The notes under the pieces were generated by a model. The model did not search any database, was not told where the DNA came from, and saw only the letters and a list, made by a program, of their open reading frames with translations. 64,000 nt of DNA from Mobula hypostoma (lineage: Eukaryota): assembly GCF_963921235.1 (NCBI RefSeq), contig NC_086104.1:148862001-148926000 (forward strand), written 5' to 3'. The position numbers and the translations under genes are program-made. Positions 24,201 through 39,200 of this stretch are shown one piece after another (within the stretch, counting starts at the first letter, position 1; the number at the start of each line of letters is the position of its first letter).

Positions 24201-27200
24201 TCCAGGAATGAAAGGGTTATCATACGAGCAACATTTGATAGCTCTGAGTCTGTACGCGCTGGAATTTAGAAGGATGGGAGGTATCTCATTGAAAGCTTTC
24301 AAATGCTGAAAGGCCTAGACAGAGTTGAAGTGGAAAGAATGTTTCCCATGGTGGGGGAGTCTAGGACAAGAGGGCACAGTCTCAGGATAGAGCAGCATCC
24401 ATTTAAAACAGAGATGTGGAGAAATTTCTTTAGCCAGAGGGTGGTGAATTTGTGGAATTTATTACCACAGGCAGCTGTAGAGGCCAGGTTGTTGGGTGTT
24501 TTTAAGGTAGAGCTTGATAGATTAGTGATTGGACACGGCAGCAAAGTTTATGGGGAGAAGGCCGGAAAGTGGGGCTGCGGAGGGGGAAAAAGGATCAGCC
24601 ATGATTGAATGGTGGAGCAGACTCAATGGGCCAAATGGCCTAATTCTACTCCTACGATGCAATGTACATTATGACTTACCTTCCAACACGATGGATATAC
24701 GACTCTACTGTGAGTGGGACGTCGAAATTGATTACATTTGACAGATTCTGAAAGTCTATCCCTCGGGAAACCCCATATTCATTATCCTTCCCTCTGAAGT
24801 AGAAAGAAAAAATATCTGTTAATTATGAACACAAGAAAATGTTTTATCCAAAAAATATATTATACCAATCACCACCTCAAGTCAGACCAAGTGTGCCTTG
24901 ATACTTGATAGTTGTGGACCATACAATCAAGTCCCAATTTCCTACTTCCTTTAAGTTCTATATAGAACATCTTGGCATTGTTGCCAGTTAGAGATACACA
25001 CTGGCCACTTTATTAGGTACAGACATGGAACCCAGTGTGTTCTTCGACTGCTGTAGTTCATCCACTTCAAGGGTCAACATGTTCTGCATTCAGATAGGCT
25101 CTTCTGCACACCACTGTTGTAGCACGTGTTCTATTTGAGTTACCGTCTCCTCAGACCTCTCTCATTAATGAGGCATTTTCACCAACAGAACTGCCACTCA
25201 CTGGATATTTTTTGTTTTATTAACCATCCCCTGTAAACTCTACAGACTGTTGTGTGTGAAAATCCCAGGAGATCAGCAGTTTCTGAGGTACTCAATCCAT
25301 CCCGTCTAGCACCAAAAATTATTCCATGGTCAAAGTCACTTAGATCACAGTTCTTCTCATTCGGATGTTTAGTCAGAACAACAACTGAACCTCTTGACCA
25401 CGTCTGCATGCTTTTATGCATTGAGTTGCTGTCAAATGATTGATTGATTAGATATTTACATTAACATACAGGTCTACCTAATAAAGTGGTCACTGAGTGT
25501 AGGAACAGATAATATACAGAGGACATCATTAATCAAAAGCCCAGGCACTTGCTGTACTTATCAGGTCCAATCTGAAGGACTATGTGTTCAATCACATGCA
25601 ACCCCAGGTGGCACAACAACTTTGAGGCTTGATGGAGAAAAAAATCTAGTGACAAACATACAGATTTGGGCTAACAAGAAAATAAAGAAATCTACGGTTT
25701 AGAAAAACAATTTTAATCAAAATGTTGATAAAATAAAAGGGACACAAGGCAGTTACTGTTACGCCTATTCTGAATTTTAAAAAAGTATTTAAACTAATCC
25801 AACTTTTAGCCCATCAAATTAGCAGGGATCAAATGTTCATTCCGGACTTTTTAAATGCATCCAGGTCTTCTGCTTCTCCACCCCTTCGTGTCACCATGAC
25901 CCTTTGGGCGAAAAAGTTTCTCCAACAACATATGGAGGTTTAAAAAAAAGTTGATTGATCTTTGTTGTTATAATTATCAGGGTCTGTGCTTAGAATTACA
26001 CAGACTCAAAATACACAACATAGAAGAACCCCAGATGATCAGCAGGCTTGGTCTTGAAGAAAAGTTATACATTCATCGGAATAACAATTCATTAATTTAA
26101 GCAGAACGATACAAGGCTGCCCAAAGTAACTGGCATTGGATTCTGTGGACCAACTTTCAGATACTATTTCCCCAGCAGCTCACGTGCTCCTTCCAATTTG
26201 GTAAGCAGGCCTGTACACAGTACTCGTATTGTGGCCTAGTTATTATTTTATATATGATTAGTTGGACCTCCCAATTATCAGTAATGTCAATGAATAAAGC
26301 TAAGCATCTGGAATGCTCTATAACTTAATTACTGAAGTAACATGCCCTACTCAGAAGTCTGAGAATACGTATCCTTAATTATCCTGTACTTTCTAACACA
26401 CCCACACCGAGGACATTCACTGTCTTTATCAAATGTCATTCTTTTTGCGTCTAAATTATAAAGTTCAAAGTAAACGTTATTATCAAAGTACATATACGCC
26501 ACCATATACAACCGTGAGATTTATTTTCCTGTGGACATACTCAATAAATCTATTGAATAATAACAGGATCAATGAAAGACTACCCAACTAGGGCACTTAG
26601 CCAAAGTGCCGAAGACAACAAACTATGCAAATACACAATAAAAGAAATAATATTAAATAAATAAGCAGTAAATATCAAGGACATGAGATGAAGAGTCCTC
26701 AGAAGTGAGTCTATTGCTTGTGGGAACATCTCAATGATGGGGCAGGTGAAGTTGAGTGAAGTTATCCCCTTCAGTTCAACAGCCTGATGGGTGACGGGTA
26801 GTAACTGTTCCCGATCCTAGCGGTACGAGGCCCCATGTTTCCGCTCACTTAATCCACGCACTACTTCCATCAGATTCAACCTTCTCAGAATTGCACCACA
26901 TCTCTAACTATTACACAAACTTGGTTTAGTTTAGAATCAGTGTAAATGAGTGGTTGATGGACACGATAAACAAAAACATCCAGGTCTATGCTGTATGGCT
27001 TTGACTCCATTGAAAGTAATACTTACTTTGCTCCTTTGCCGTGGTTTTTCTTTTTCTTCACCTCATCTGTACTGGAAGCATTAGTCAGGTCATGCTCGTC
27101 TGTTGCAATAATATAATCGTAAAAACCCCGACTGAACTGATTGATGATGTGACACCTGATAAAACAGAGTGATAAGTTAGGCACCTCGGCAATGCAGCTA

Positions 27201-30200
27201 TTACCTTCATCACCCTCCCCTCTCACACCACAGCCTGTCACCTGCTCTCAACAGCTGTCTTGTAAACCAAAGCGCTTACTGTAGCCTCTCTCAATCAGAA
27301 TCAGTTTTATTATCCCTGATATATTTCACTAAATTTGTTGTTTTGCAACAGCAGTACAGTGCGGCACATTAAATACAATATATATTATTATAAGAAATAT
27401 ATAAAAAATAAATTAGGGCAAAAAGAGAGCAAAAATAGTGAGATAATGTTCATGGAGGGTTGTGGAATGGAGATACGTCTCTACCAAAGAAGGTGTAAGA
27501 CACTCTTTCCGTCCGCCAACCTGCAGATTACCCTCGGGCAAGGTGTAGCACCTCTTTAGTCCGAGCGATCAGGGTCATGTGAAGCACTGGGAGCAGGTGG
27601 TGGATGGTCATTTGAGTAGCTGGTGCACAAGGCCTGGTTATGCGACCACTGACGCCAAGTAGACAATCTCTGAAGAATATTGACAATGGCTGGGGTCACC
27701 TGTCTTGTAAAGACACTGCACAAAAGAAGGCAATGGCAAGCCATTTCTGTGGAAAAATTTGCCGATCATGGTCATGGACCATCATTGCCTACATCACAGG
27801 ATACGGCACATAATGATGATGAGAAATCAAGGGTTTACTGTCCATTCAGAAATCTGATGACAATCAGTGTGTCTCTTCAGTCTCCTGTACCTCCTCTCTA
27901 ATCTCTGGACTGATCTTGGTTCAGACTGAGGACAGTAAAAGGTAAAATATTCCAATAGAGAAGATCCAACCCTGAAATAAAGGTCATCCATTTTAGACTG
28001 AAACAACGAGAGATTTCTTCCCTTGGAAAATGGTGAACCTTTGGAATTCTCTGCAGGGCTGTGGAGGCTCATTAATAGTTTTAAAAATAGATAGAAAAAT
28101 CCAACGTCATGGTGATAGGTTGGAAAAATGGTGGCAATGTAGTCAGGCATGGCTGTGAGAATACCCAGACAGGATTGAGAAACCATTTGGCCATGGTTCT
28201 TTACAAGTGTCTGCCCCTGCTCTAACCACAGCACAGTGGAAAGAGTCTTGGATCCTCTGATTATTGGATAAAAATCAAATGAGCTGGAGATTCCCAGCAG
28301 GTCATGCAGCACCTGGGGAGAATAAAACAAATATTTCTGATCCATGATCAGTCATCAGCAGCACTTGCATTTTTATTCTGGATTTCCAACATCTGCAGGT
28401 TTCTATTGCTTTTCATGCCCTTTTGGGAAGGGAGACTGAAGGGCCAGTTGCCACGCCCTCTGATGGAGGGAAGATAGTGGGGTCAGATGCCCCACATTCT
28501 GGTGATAGGAGATTGTAGGGTCAGAGGTTCAACTTTCAAGACTGAAACTGACAGATTCCTGGATATTGGTGCGATCATACGACCACAAGACGCAGGAGCA
28601 GAATTGGGTCAATCAACTCATCAAGTCTGCTCTGCCATTCCATTATGGCTGATTTATTATCCCTCTCAACCCCATTCCCCTGCCTTTTCCCTGTAACCTT
28701 TGACAATAAAGGATCTGTAAAGCTCTGCTTTAAATATACACGATGACTTGCTATCCACATCCATCGATGGCAACGAATTCCACAGATTCACTACTCTCTG
28801 GCTAAAGAAATTTCTCAACTCTATTCTAAAGGGATGTCCTTGTGATCTGAGGCAATCAAGGTATACGAGGATTGGGCAAGAAAGCACGTTGAGTTAAATA
28901 ATCAGTTATGATCTATAGAGTGGCAGAACAACCTTAAGGGGCTGAATGGCTGCTAGTTCTACATCTTATACTCTTCCCCACATCAAACCATGACACACTA
29001 TATCTGACAGTGCTATGACTCAGATCCTAATATGATAGAACAGTGCAGGAACTAAGGCATTCAAAGCTAATTTAATTTTTTACTCTTCTGTGTATACAAA
29101 TGACATTACTCCCCTTCCCCTATCGAAACGTAATCCGGACGCCCTGGTTGGAATCAGGAAAGCAAAGGTAGAAGGGAAAAAAAAAGAGATGCGTTGTGAA
29201 AAAGAACAAGTGAAGCTGTACCTGGAGTGGATTGGTAGCTCTGAGTTTAGGACACAGGAGGCGATGCTGAACTGCTCCAGGAATAACTTCAGCCGGTAAC
29301 ATTTGTCAATAGAGTTCACAAAAATAATAGTCTTGCCTCGGATAAGGGAAAGTTTGAGTAACGTGTAGATCAGCAGGAACTTCTCTTCCTCCTCACAATT
29401 TATGCGGTACTGAGTCAGTTGGGAGCTGTCTGGAAGTTGAGACTCCTGAAGCTTCAGAACCACCTAAAGGATATAAGATGACATTACAGCAACACAGCAC
29501 AGCCACAGTCTAACTTTGTCACCTTACAAATGTGATGAATTTAACCAAGAGTAGACAAGAGTCAAAATAGTCAAAATAAACTTACTATCGAAGTAAAAAT
29601 GTGCTACTATATACTACTTGGAGATTAATTTTCTTGCAAGCATCTACAGGAAAAGAAATATAATCTATGGAAAACTATGCAAGACAAAGATTGACAAACA
29701 ACCAATGTGCAAAAGGAAAACTACAAATAAAATAATATTGAGAACATGAGTTATAAAGAGTCTGTATGTTATAGAATCAGTTAATTGAAGTTATTCACAT
29801 CAATTACGAAGCCTGATAGCCAGATGCCAATGGAGAGAATATAATTTGCTTGCTTATTCGTGAATAAATGACTGATTCCGATTGCACAGTCTGTGTCCAA
29901 GAGGAACCATTTATATTTGTAAGAATTGTTCAAATTCTCAGGACACCTCACAAAGACTTTCTAACACGTAAAGCTCCAAAAATAGGTAGAGATGGCTGCT
30001 AAATGGTTCAATATTCAACATCAAACTGCCTTAAGGCCAAGTGAAACTGTCCTAACTAACACCCAGCTCTTCCCCTTCATAAGAGACCAATGGAATCTCT
30101 ACTGTTCATCCAAAAAAGCAGACAGCATACACCAGATCTGAGTGTGGAAGTGAACTTCACATATCTGAAATTCTGGGTCATCCGTATTACCACCACTGAA

Positions 30201-33200
30201 ACAAGGCCAACAAGATGGCCAAGTAGTTTATAGAATTCTTACCGGGTTATGAAGTACCAGCTCTCTCAGTGCCTGAACGTCTTCATTAAATGTGGCCGAC
30301 ATCAAGAATGCCTGATAAATCTTCGGAAGGTGTCTGCAAGAAGTGAGAATAAACCAGACAGGTATAAATTCCATAGTCCACACTGCCTGGGGGTTACATG
30401 TCACATCTTCTCTAACACTAATGACTTGAAAACATATCGAAGGTCCATGTTGTAGGAGAAACAATAATGAGGGCTGATAACTAGTAAATAGGGATGTGGA
30501 TTGTGCTAATATGGTTAACAGGGAAACACAGACAAAGCCTAGAAGTACAGCCATGGAATGCAGCAGTGACAACATGCAAGTTTCCAGAACTTCATTAATT
30601 TTGTTACAGTGTTCAAAATAAATTTATTATCAAAGTAAATGTCACCATATACAACCGAGATACATTTCCTTGTGTGCATACTCCATAAATCCATAATAGA
30701 ATAATAACCATTAATAGAATCAATGAAAGACCGCAACAACTGGACATTCAACCAGTGTGCAAAACACAACAAACTGTGCAACTACAAATAGAAAGAAATA
30801 AAGTAATTTAGCAATGAATATTGAGAATATAAGATGGAGAATCCTTGAAAATGAGTCCATAGGTCATGCACCCATTGTTGTAGTAGAAAACTGGATTTAC
30901 CGTTAGACCCAAGGATAATAATTTTATTCTGTAACCAGGACCTAGTCTGTTACTTAATTAAGTCTTCCTATAGTCATCGTTCTGTTATCAAAATGCAGTC
31001 TTATTGACAAGCTCATCAACTGAGAATGTAAAAGCTGTACCAAATTCATGCTCAGCTAAATCATCTTTGACTGGTCTCCTGGTGTGCACACCAGTTTTTT
31101 TTAAAATAAATCACCTGTTATTTTGAACACCAAGTCTTTGTGATCTTTCAGTTTGCTCCTACAATCCGGTACCCAGCCAAACACACTTCATACATTAACC
31201 CTCTCATTCCCAGGATCATTCTCATAAACCTCCTATGGACCAACTCCAATGCCAACACATCCTTTCTTAGATTATGGGACTCAAATGCCCCAAGACATTA
31301 TAAAGCTTCAGCACTGCATCTTTGCTTTTATATTCCAGTCTTCTCGAAATGAATGCTAACATTGTGTTTGCCTTCCTTACCACCAACTCCAACTGCAAGT
31401 TAACCGTTAGGGAATCCTACATGAGGACTCCCAAGTCCTTTGCACCTTCAATTTCTGAATTTTCTCCCCTTATAGAAAATTATCTGCACCTTTATACCTG
31501 CTAAAAAAGTGCATCACCATACATTCCCTACACTGTGTTCAACCTGCAATGTCTTTGCCCATTCTCCTATTCTGCATGTTCTTCTGTAGGCCCTCTGCTT
31601 CCTCAACATTACCTGTCTCTCCATCCATCTTTGTATCATCCTCGAACATGGGCACAAAACCATCCATTCCATCACCCAGATCATTAACCTTTATCGTGAA
31701 AGAACCAGATCCAACCCCAACCCCTGCAGATCCACACTAGTCACCAGCAACCGAACAGAAAAGGTCCCCACATTCTTTGCCTTCTGCCAGTCAGCCAATC
31801 TTCCATCTATGCTGCCATCTTTCCTGAGCCTCCGCCTTGCTTAGCAGCCTCATGCACAGCACCTTGTCAAAGATCTTCTGAAAATCCAAGTAAATAACAT
31901 TTACTGACACTTCTCTGTCAATCTTGCCTATTATTTCCTCAAACAATTCCAACAGATTTGTCAGGAAAGATATTCCTTTCGGAAAACTATGCTGACAATG
32001 AGCACAAAAATTCAGACTTCTATCCCCGGGAAGGTGGAACTGATGAAGGCATGGCCTTAGGGAGAAGTTAAGAGAGGCAGTGTTCAGTCAGTCAGTCATA
32101 AAGAATTTGATGAGGCCATTCATTCAGCATTTTCATTTGATGTAATTTGATCATTTCCAAACTTGTTTTATCTCTCTGTACTGTTGTTGGAGGGGATTGG
32201 AGTCGTCGACACTAAGGTTTTCTTCTTTTCCATTTTTAAGTTGTTAGTTTTGCCCAAGTCTTTTAGGTTAGTTGATTAATTTTGTTTTTATTTGGGAATG
32301 GGTTTTTTTTTGTTTTGTTTTTTTTCTTTTTCTTTTTTTTCCAGTTTTTTTTTGTATTATCCGTGGTTAGTTCTACATGTTTGGGAGCTTTGTTAATTTC
32401 CACTATTTGGTTTTGCAATTAATTTTTTAAAATGTAACAATACATCTCCTTCTATTTGTATTATGGCTATGTTCTGTTTCTGTATTTTGAAATTAATAAA
32501 AAGATTGAAAAAGAAAGAAAAGAATTTGATGACACAATGCGGAAGTGCACCAGTAGATGGAGCCAGACATCTTCGCAAACATTTATTCCATACTCATTAT
32601 TAAAATGAAAGCTTACTTGGTCATTATCACATTACTATTTGAGAGTTGTTTACAAACACCATTGCTCTATTCCCAACACAGGTGACAACACTCAAAACAA
32701 AACGCACAACAGTTGTAAAGTACTTTGAGACATCCTGCAAAGCACATTAAAGGCATTATATTCAAGATTCAAGTTTACTTATCAAGTTCAAGTTTAATTG
32801 TCATTCAACCATACATGAAAACCGATGAAAGCAGCCAAATGAAACAGTGTTCCTCTAGGGCCAAAGTGCAAAACACAGTACCAACATTCACACACAGGAA
32901 AAACCACATATAGAGCGTATGATAGCAAGCACATATGAGATACCAATAAAATAGTCACACAAAAAAATCGTCCAAGACCTGAGTCCATGGATGTTGCTGA
33001 AATCTAAAATTGAACACAAATCAACTTGCTTTCTGCTGAGCGAACACTAGGGGACAGCATCTGACTCCAGCTTGGATGCTGTGCCACACCACCTCCAGTG
33101 GAGGTGAGACTCTGATGCCTCTCCCCGGGCGGCTGTAAACAGTCAACACCGCAGCCTGACGCCTAGTCCTCACTACAACCGAGGCCACGCAGCAGCCAAT

Positions 33201-36200
33201 AAACCAGTAAAGTCGACTTGCTGAATTCCACATTAATAATGACCAACAGGGTCTTGTGATCACAAGAAAAGCGACAGACGATCATTGCTGTCAGACTGCA
33301 CAGCTCCTTCGCGCATTGACTCCTCAGACGCTTCTCTGCCGCAGGCAGCAGCACAATCCGCACCAAGCCCAGCTCCTTCCGTCTCTCCGCTAACCAGCAA
33401 CTCGCTGATGGGCTGCTGTACTTTTAAATTCTTAATGTCCAGCAGGGTCTTGTAATCATAAAAAATCAAGTTTAAAAAGGACAGTAACACCTTTGGTCAA
33501 GCCCGTAGAAGCTGCTGCGATCAAGCACACCACCACCTTATCGGAAGATCTCATCTTATCGTACAACAAAGCAACCGTGAAATGCGACATTTGCGTTACA
33601 ACTCCAACACAGCTGAGGGTGTGCTGCACGTGTCACCACACACTCTGGCATCAACATAGCAATGCCCACAATGCTTGGCAAAACAACACACACCACAACA
33701 AAGCAGAACACGAGCCCCAAAACCTCAAAACCAGCCCCCATTCCTCCCTCCCACCACAGTCCTCTAAACCCAAGACAGTCTGTCTTCTTCAGCCTCCAGT
33801 GGACTCTGATTCGGAATCAGAAATGCAGACACTAGGCCTTCAACTGCCCCAGCCGGCTCGCAGAGATTTGCAGATCCAAGCTCCAATCAATGGGCCATGA
33901 TTTCTGGACTTCAAGTCAAGTTCAGCTCAAGTTTATTGGCATTCAACCATATACATGTATAGTGCCAAATGACACAAGATTCCCCTGGCCAAGGTGCACA
34001 ACACAATGTAATATTACCACAAATAATAAAATATATTCCAGAAGATTGACAGTTAAGCACAAGATGCACTTAAGACACAAGTTAAAAAGTAAACAGTATA
34101 ACGCGGCTGGCTTTTCATAAGTGATGAGAGCTGGGTGGTGGCAAGGAGTTCAGATGTCTCACAGGCTTGGGGAAGAAGCTGTTTCCCATTCTAGCAGGCC
34201 TTGTTCTAATGCCATGGTGCCTCCTGTCTGTTTATAGGGGGTCAAAGAGATGGTGGGAAGGATGGAAGGGATCTTTGACAATACTAATGGCCCTGCATAT
34301 GAAGCGCTGCTGAAAAATATCTGAAGAGCAGAAGAGATCCCCTCAGCAGTCCTTTGTCGGGTCTTTCGGCCAGAAGTCCTCCATCTCCCATACCAGACAG
34401 TGATGCGACTGGACAGGACACTCTCGACGGTGCTCCTGTAAAAATTGGTTGGAGCAGTTGGGGGCAATCTCCACAGGCAGTGGAGACACTGCTTGCGCTT
34501 TCTTGACCAACAAGGTGCTGTTGAGAGACCTGGTGAAAGCATCCATTATGTGCACTCCCAGAAAGCTGGTGCTCCTCTCTCCACAGACAAAGCCATTTAC
34601 GTGCAGTGAGGAGTGGTCAGCCTGCATCTTCCTAAAGTCCAGAATCATCCCTGTAGTCTCGTCTATGTTGAGACTCTTGTCGTACTCGCACCATTCTACA
34701 AGTGGCTCTACCACCACTCTGTACACTGTCTTTTATCGTTGATGATGAGGCCAACCACTGTTGTGTCGTCAGTGAACCTGATGATTTGACCCGATATATA
34801 AGAGACAGTTGTCATTTATAACTTGTTGTGGACTGCTCTGAAATTATTAGGTTAATCGTTTTATCTGTATCAGGCCTTTAACCAGAAGTTCTTGCGTTAC
34901 CTTGGCATGTTCTTTCCACGTATAGAGCCAGTCGTACGGCACAACTGGTCTGGGCTGGTCAGCACCCACTGACACTAATCCTATATAAATCCCATCCTAA
35001 ATCGGCTGAATGTCATAAATTTGCGACTGAATATTCCAGGTGGAGACCGTCTGTGGGAGAATCTTTCCACCACCAGACTCCACATCGCCTGCCCACAATC
35101 TTCAGCAGAGCAACACATACAGCAGTAAGAACAAAATTAACTAAGACACTAACAGTAAAACAAGTCTACCCCCCACTCTCTCACTCTCACAGGCAGTCCT
35201 CCAGCCCCAGGTCAGGCTGCCTCCAGGTCTCCAGTCTTTGGCTCTGGACTCTCAAGACTCACAGACTCGGCCTTTGGGTCTCTATCTCCATTCATGTTGA
35301 CTTTCCGGCTTTTGACCTCCAGACTTCGCCGATCTCTGGGTCTCGACCCCAGTACTCGGTCTAGTTTGGATTTTGACCTTCGGGCCTTGACCGACGTGAC
35401 CTCCAGGGTGGCTGACTTTAGGAGCACTTTGGGCCTTGACTTGCAGATTCACATGCAGGATGTATGGTGGCACGTGCAGGCTGCCCCCAACACATCCTCG
35501 GGTGTGTTTGTTGTTAATGCAAACGATGTGCTTCAATGTACATGTGGGAAGTAAATCTTAATCCAGGACAGCTTCTATTCTTATAAGATAAACTCTTATT
35601 CTTGCAAACTACCTCGCCAGGGCCCCTTGCAGATTATTTATTTACTTGAAATTTATTTCTTTACCTGCACCTTCTCCGTAGCTGCAACTACGATATATTC
35701 TGTATTCGCTTTTCATCTTTATTACTTCAATATACTTATGGATGACGTGATCTTACCGATGTGTGGCGGGGTGGAGATGTGTCTCCACCAAAGGAGGTGT
35801 AAGGCGCTCCTTCCCTCTACTAACCTGCCGGTCACCCTTGGGCAATGTGTAGCACCTGCTTGGCCCCTTCCCCACCGATCAGGGTCACATGAAGCCATGG
35901 GAGCAGGTGATGGATGGTCATATGAGCAGCTGGTGCATATCACAAGTCCTGGTTATGTGACCACTGACGCCAGGCAGACGATCACTGAAGAGTAAGGCGC
36001 GAGTCCTAATGATGGGTCTCGGGGTGAAACATCAACTGCTTACTCTTTTCCACAGATGCTACCTGGCCTGCTGAGCTCTTCCAGCATTTTATGTGTGTTG
36101 CTTCAATCTCTAAAGGGTGTTGAAAATGACTGGGGTCACGCATCGCTGTAAAGGCACTGCGCAGAAGAAGGCAATGACACTTCCATAGAAAAATTTGCCA

Positions 36201-39200
36201 AGAACAATCATGGTCATGGATGGACGATGATCACCTACACCACACTTCCACAACCTGGATCAACATGTTGACATCGTGTAGAGGCTTGCGTGCTTCAAGG
36301 ATTTCATCAGGCCATAGCAACTCAGGGCCACCCATGTTGGAACAGCTGTGGACGAGATGCCAGACCAAGATTGATCCAACCCTGGCTCCCAAAAGGACAG
36401 ACTCGTGTCTGCCCCTCCAGGCCACACTTCATCATTTGTCAAAAAACCAGCTGGAAGTGTGAAAAGAAAACCACCTGCCGTACAAAACAACAACAATCTA
36501 CATCATACGGCACGGCACATAATGAAGATGATGATCTTACTCAATGGCACAGAAACACACGTTCATTGTAGGTCAATAGGTGTAACAATAATTCAAAGAA
36601 GGTAATCTGTAAGGGCAAACTGAAAGATAAATCTATTTTCAGATAAATATACCAACATAAATAGAAATCCCGTCAAGATTAAAAAAAACTCAATTATTTT
36701 CTTACCCCAGAAGGTTCTTCAGGTCATTTTCAAACCCAAATGAGAAGAGTAGGTCTGCCTCATCGATCACAACCATTTCCAGGGAGGTACAAAGACTCAG
36801 CGTGTGCTGTTCCACGTGCAGCAGAACACGGGAGGGGGTGCCAATGACTATATCAGGCTTCTCCATTAATATGGGCCTGAAAGAGAGAACCGGTATTGAA
36901 AAGGGCCACGCGACAAGGTACAAACTGGAGGAAGTCCTCACAGACAAACACTCATTTTTCTTCTACCTCTGTGCTGATATATCTGCCTGCCCCGAGACGT
37001 CAGCCACTCGAACGTCCCACGTGCAATAGGCCGTCAGTTGTCGGATCATTTGCTGCACTTGCTGACCCAGCTCCTTCGTGGGGACCAACACAAGGGCTCG
37101 CACCGCCTGCTCGCAAGTGGACTGAGGAGAGACACAGGGTTAAAAAAAGTCCAGCTCTGTCACAAACATCACTGATACTCCAGTCAAATACAAATCGGCT
37201 CCTGTCTGACATGTTGACCCATGACCTCCATATGCCAAAATGAGACCTATTTCAGGGCAGAGGAGTAACATCTTTTATATTCAATACCTCATAATCTATT
37301 TTCATTCCTGACGGTATGAATATAGAGTTCTCCTTCCAGTAAACAAACTACACCCCATCAGTTCCCCATCTGACCTTTTAACACTTCTCACCTGCTATTA
37401 CTTCCCCCATGTCCCCTCCTCCTTTCCTTTCTCTGATGGTCCTCTCTCCTCTCAGATTCCTTCATCTCCAGCCCTTGATCTTCCCACCTACTTGGCTTTA
37501 CCTATCAACTTCTGGCTAGCCTCCAGCCCCTCCCCCCACCTTTTAATTCTGGCAATTCCCCCCACCCCACCTTCCTTCTCACTCCTGAAGAAGGGAATCA
37601 GCCTGAAACGTCAACTGTTTACTTATTTCCACAGATGCTGCCAGCCCTGCTGAGTTCCTCCAGCATTTTGTGTGTGTGTTGCTTTGGATTTTCAGCATCT
37701 GCTGACTTCGTGTTTATATCCTGTCCATCCACACTGTTATTAATCAGCTTCCCCATGGCAGCAAGTGGATTCAGCAGTGCCTCACCAGCAAGAATATTAC
37801 ACAGAGTGAGAAATTTATACACTGTGATCATGCACAAAATTCAGAATAACCTTAAATAGTGTTTATTTCTGACACGTACATCAAAATATACAGTGAAATG
37901 CATCATTTGTATCAAATCAAATCAGCAAAAATTGTGCTGGGCAGCCCACAAGTGTCACAGACTTCTGGCGTCAACGTGGCGTGCGCACAACTCACCACCC
38001 TAACCGTCCACCTTTAGAACATGGGAGGAAACTGCAGAAGTCGGAGGTAATGCACGCGATCGCGTGGAGAACATGCAGACTCCTTACAGGCAGCGATGGG
38101 AATCGAACTCTGATCTCATGGCTGGCTGACGTAAAGCATTGCGTTAACTGCTACGCTACAAAGCCGCCAGCCAAACTTGACACTGAGGAGTCATGCTACT
38201 CCACTCCCCACACAGTTGCTGAGGTAACGCCCAGCAATCTCCAGAGTGGGAGAATGCAAATCATAAAACAGCCAAGTGCAGTTGCACTTCCTTTTCTATC
38301 CAAAGACAACTCATTGCCTGTGTACTTGTCTGGAATTTGACCCAATGCTTCAAAGGAGCGCGCCTAGGAAACACACATTAAATTGGTCATACTGGGCTGT
38401 ATTAGGATGAGTGGGAAAAGAGCTCCCCTTCCTTTTGCTCTAGTGACCTAAGCCAACGTGTGGCTCCGTGGCACCTCTCTGCCACTCTGGTTTACAGAAC
38501 TCTCCGTCTCTTTTGCTTTGCCTTGCCTTCCACTCGCGAGAGAGAGCTGCTATGGCCGGCGTGCCTGTCCCAGCTCTCTCGGGTCCTGTTGTCACGGCTG
38601 CGCCATCCCCCGTTGAGCCGCGTCTGCTGAGTCGGGCTTGCACCCCCGCCGCTCCGTTGAGGTTGTTGCTTGCGTTGCTCTGACGGCCTTGCCGTGTTGG
38701 CGCCAGAATATACGGTGACACTTGTGGGCTGATCCCAGCACATCCTTGGGTGTGCTGGTTGTTAAAGGAAACAGCACACTTCTCAGTATGTTTCGTTGTA
38801 CGTGCAGTTGGTAAATCAGAATCTGAACAGAGACAAATTCGGACCCTTCAACTTGAAAGACAGAGACTATTTAAGAGCAAATGGGACAAACGTGGGAGAG
38901 ATTACCTTTTTAGTGTTGAGAAGATGTTCGATGATGGGAATGGCATAGGCTGCAGTTTTACCAGACCCAGTGCGTGCCCTGGCCAGTAGATCTTTCCCCT
39001 CCAGTGCCAGAGGAATGGCCTTTTCCTGAATTAGAGTAGGCTGCGCCCAGTTCAGTTTGGCAATGGCCTAAGTATTTTTTTGAGGGTGGGAAAAACACAA
39101 GGTTGCACAACATTTGGTCATAAATACAATGCTTTCAACTCTCCCCTGTGTGTCCTTGCCTCTTCTCAACCCCGCTCCCTTTGCACCAGCATCATCTCCC

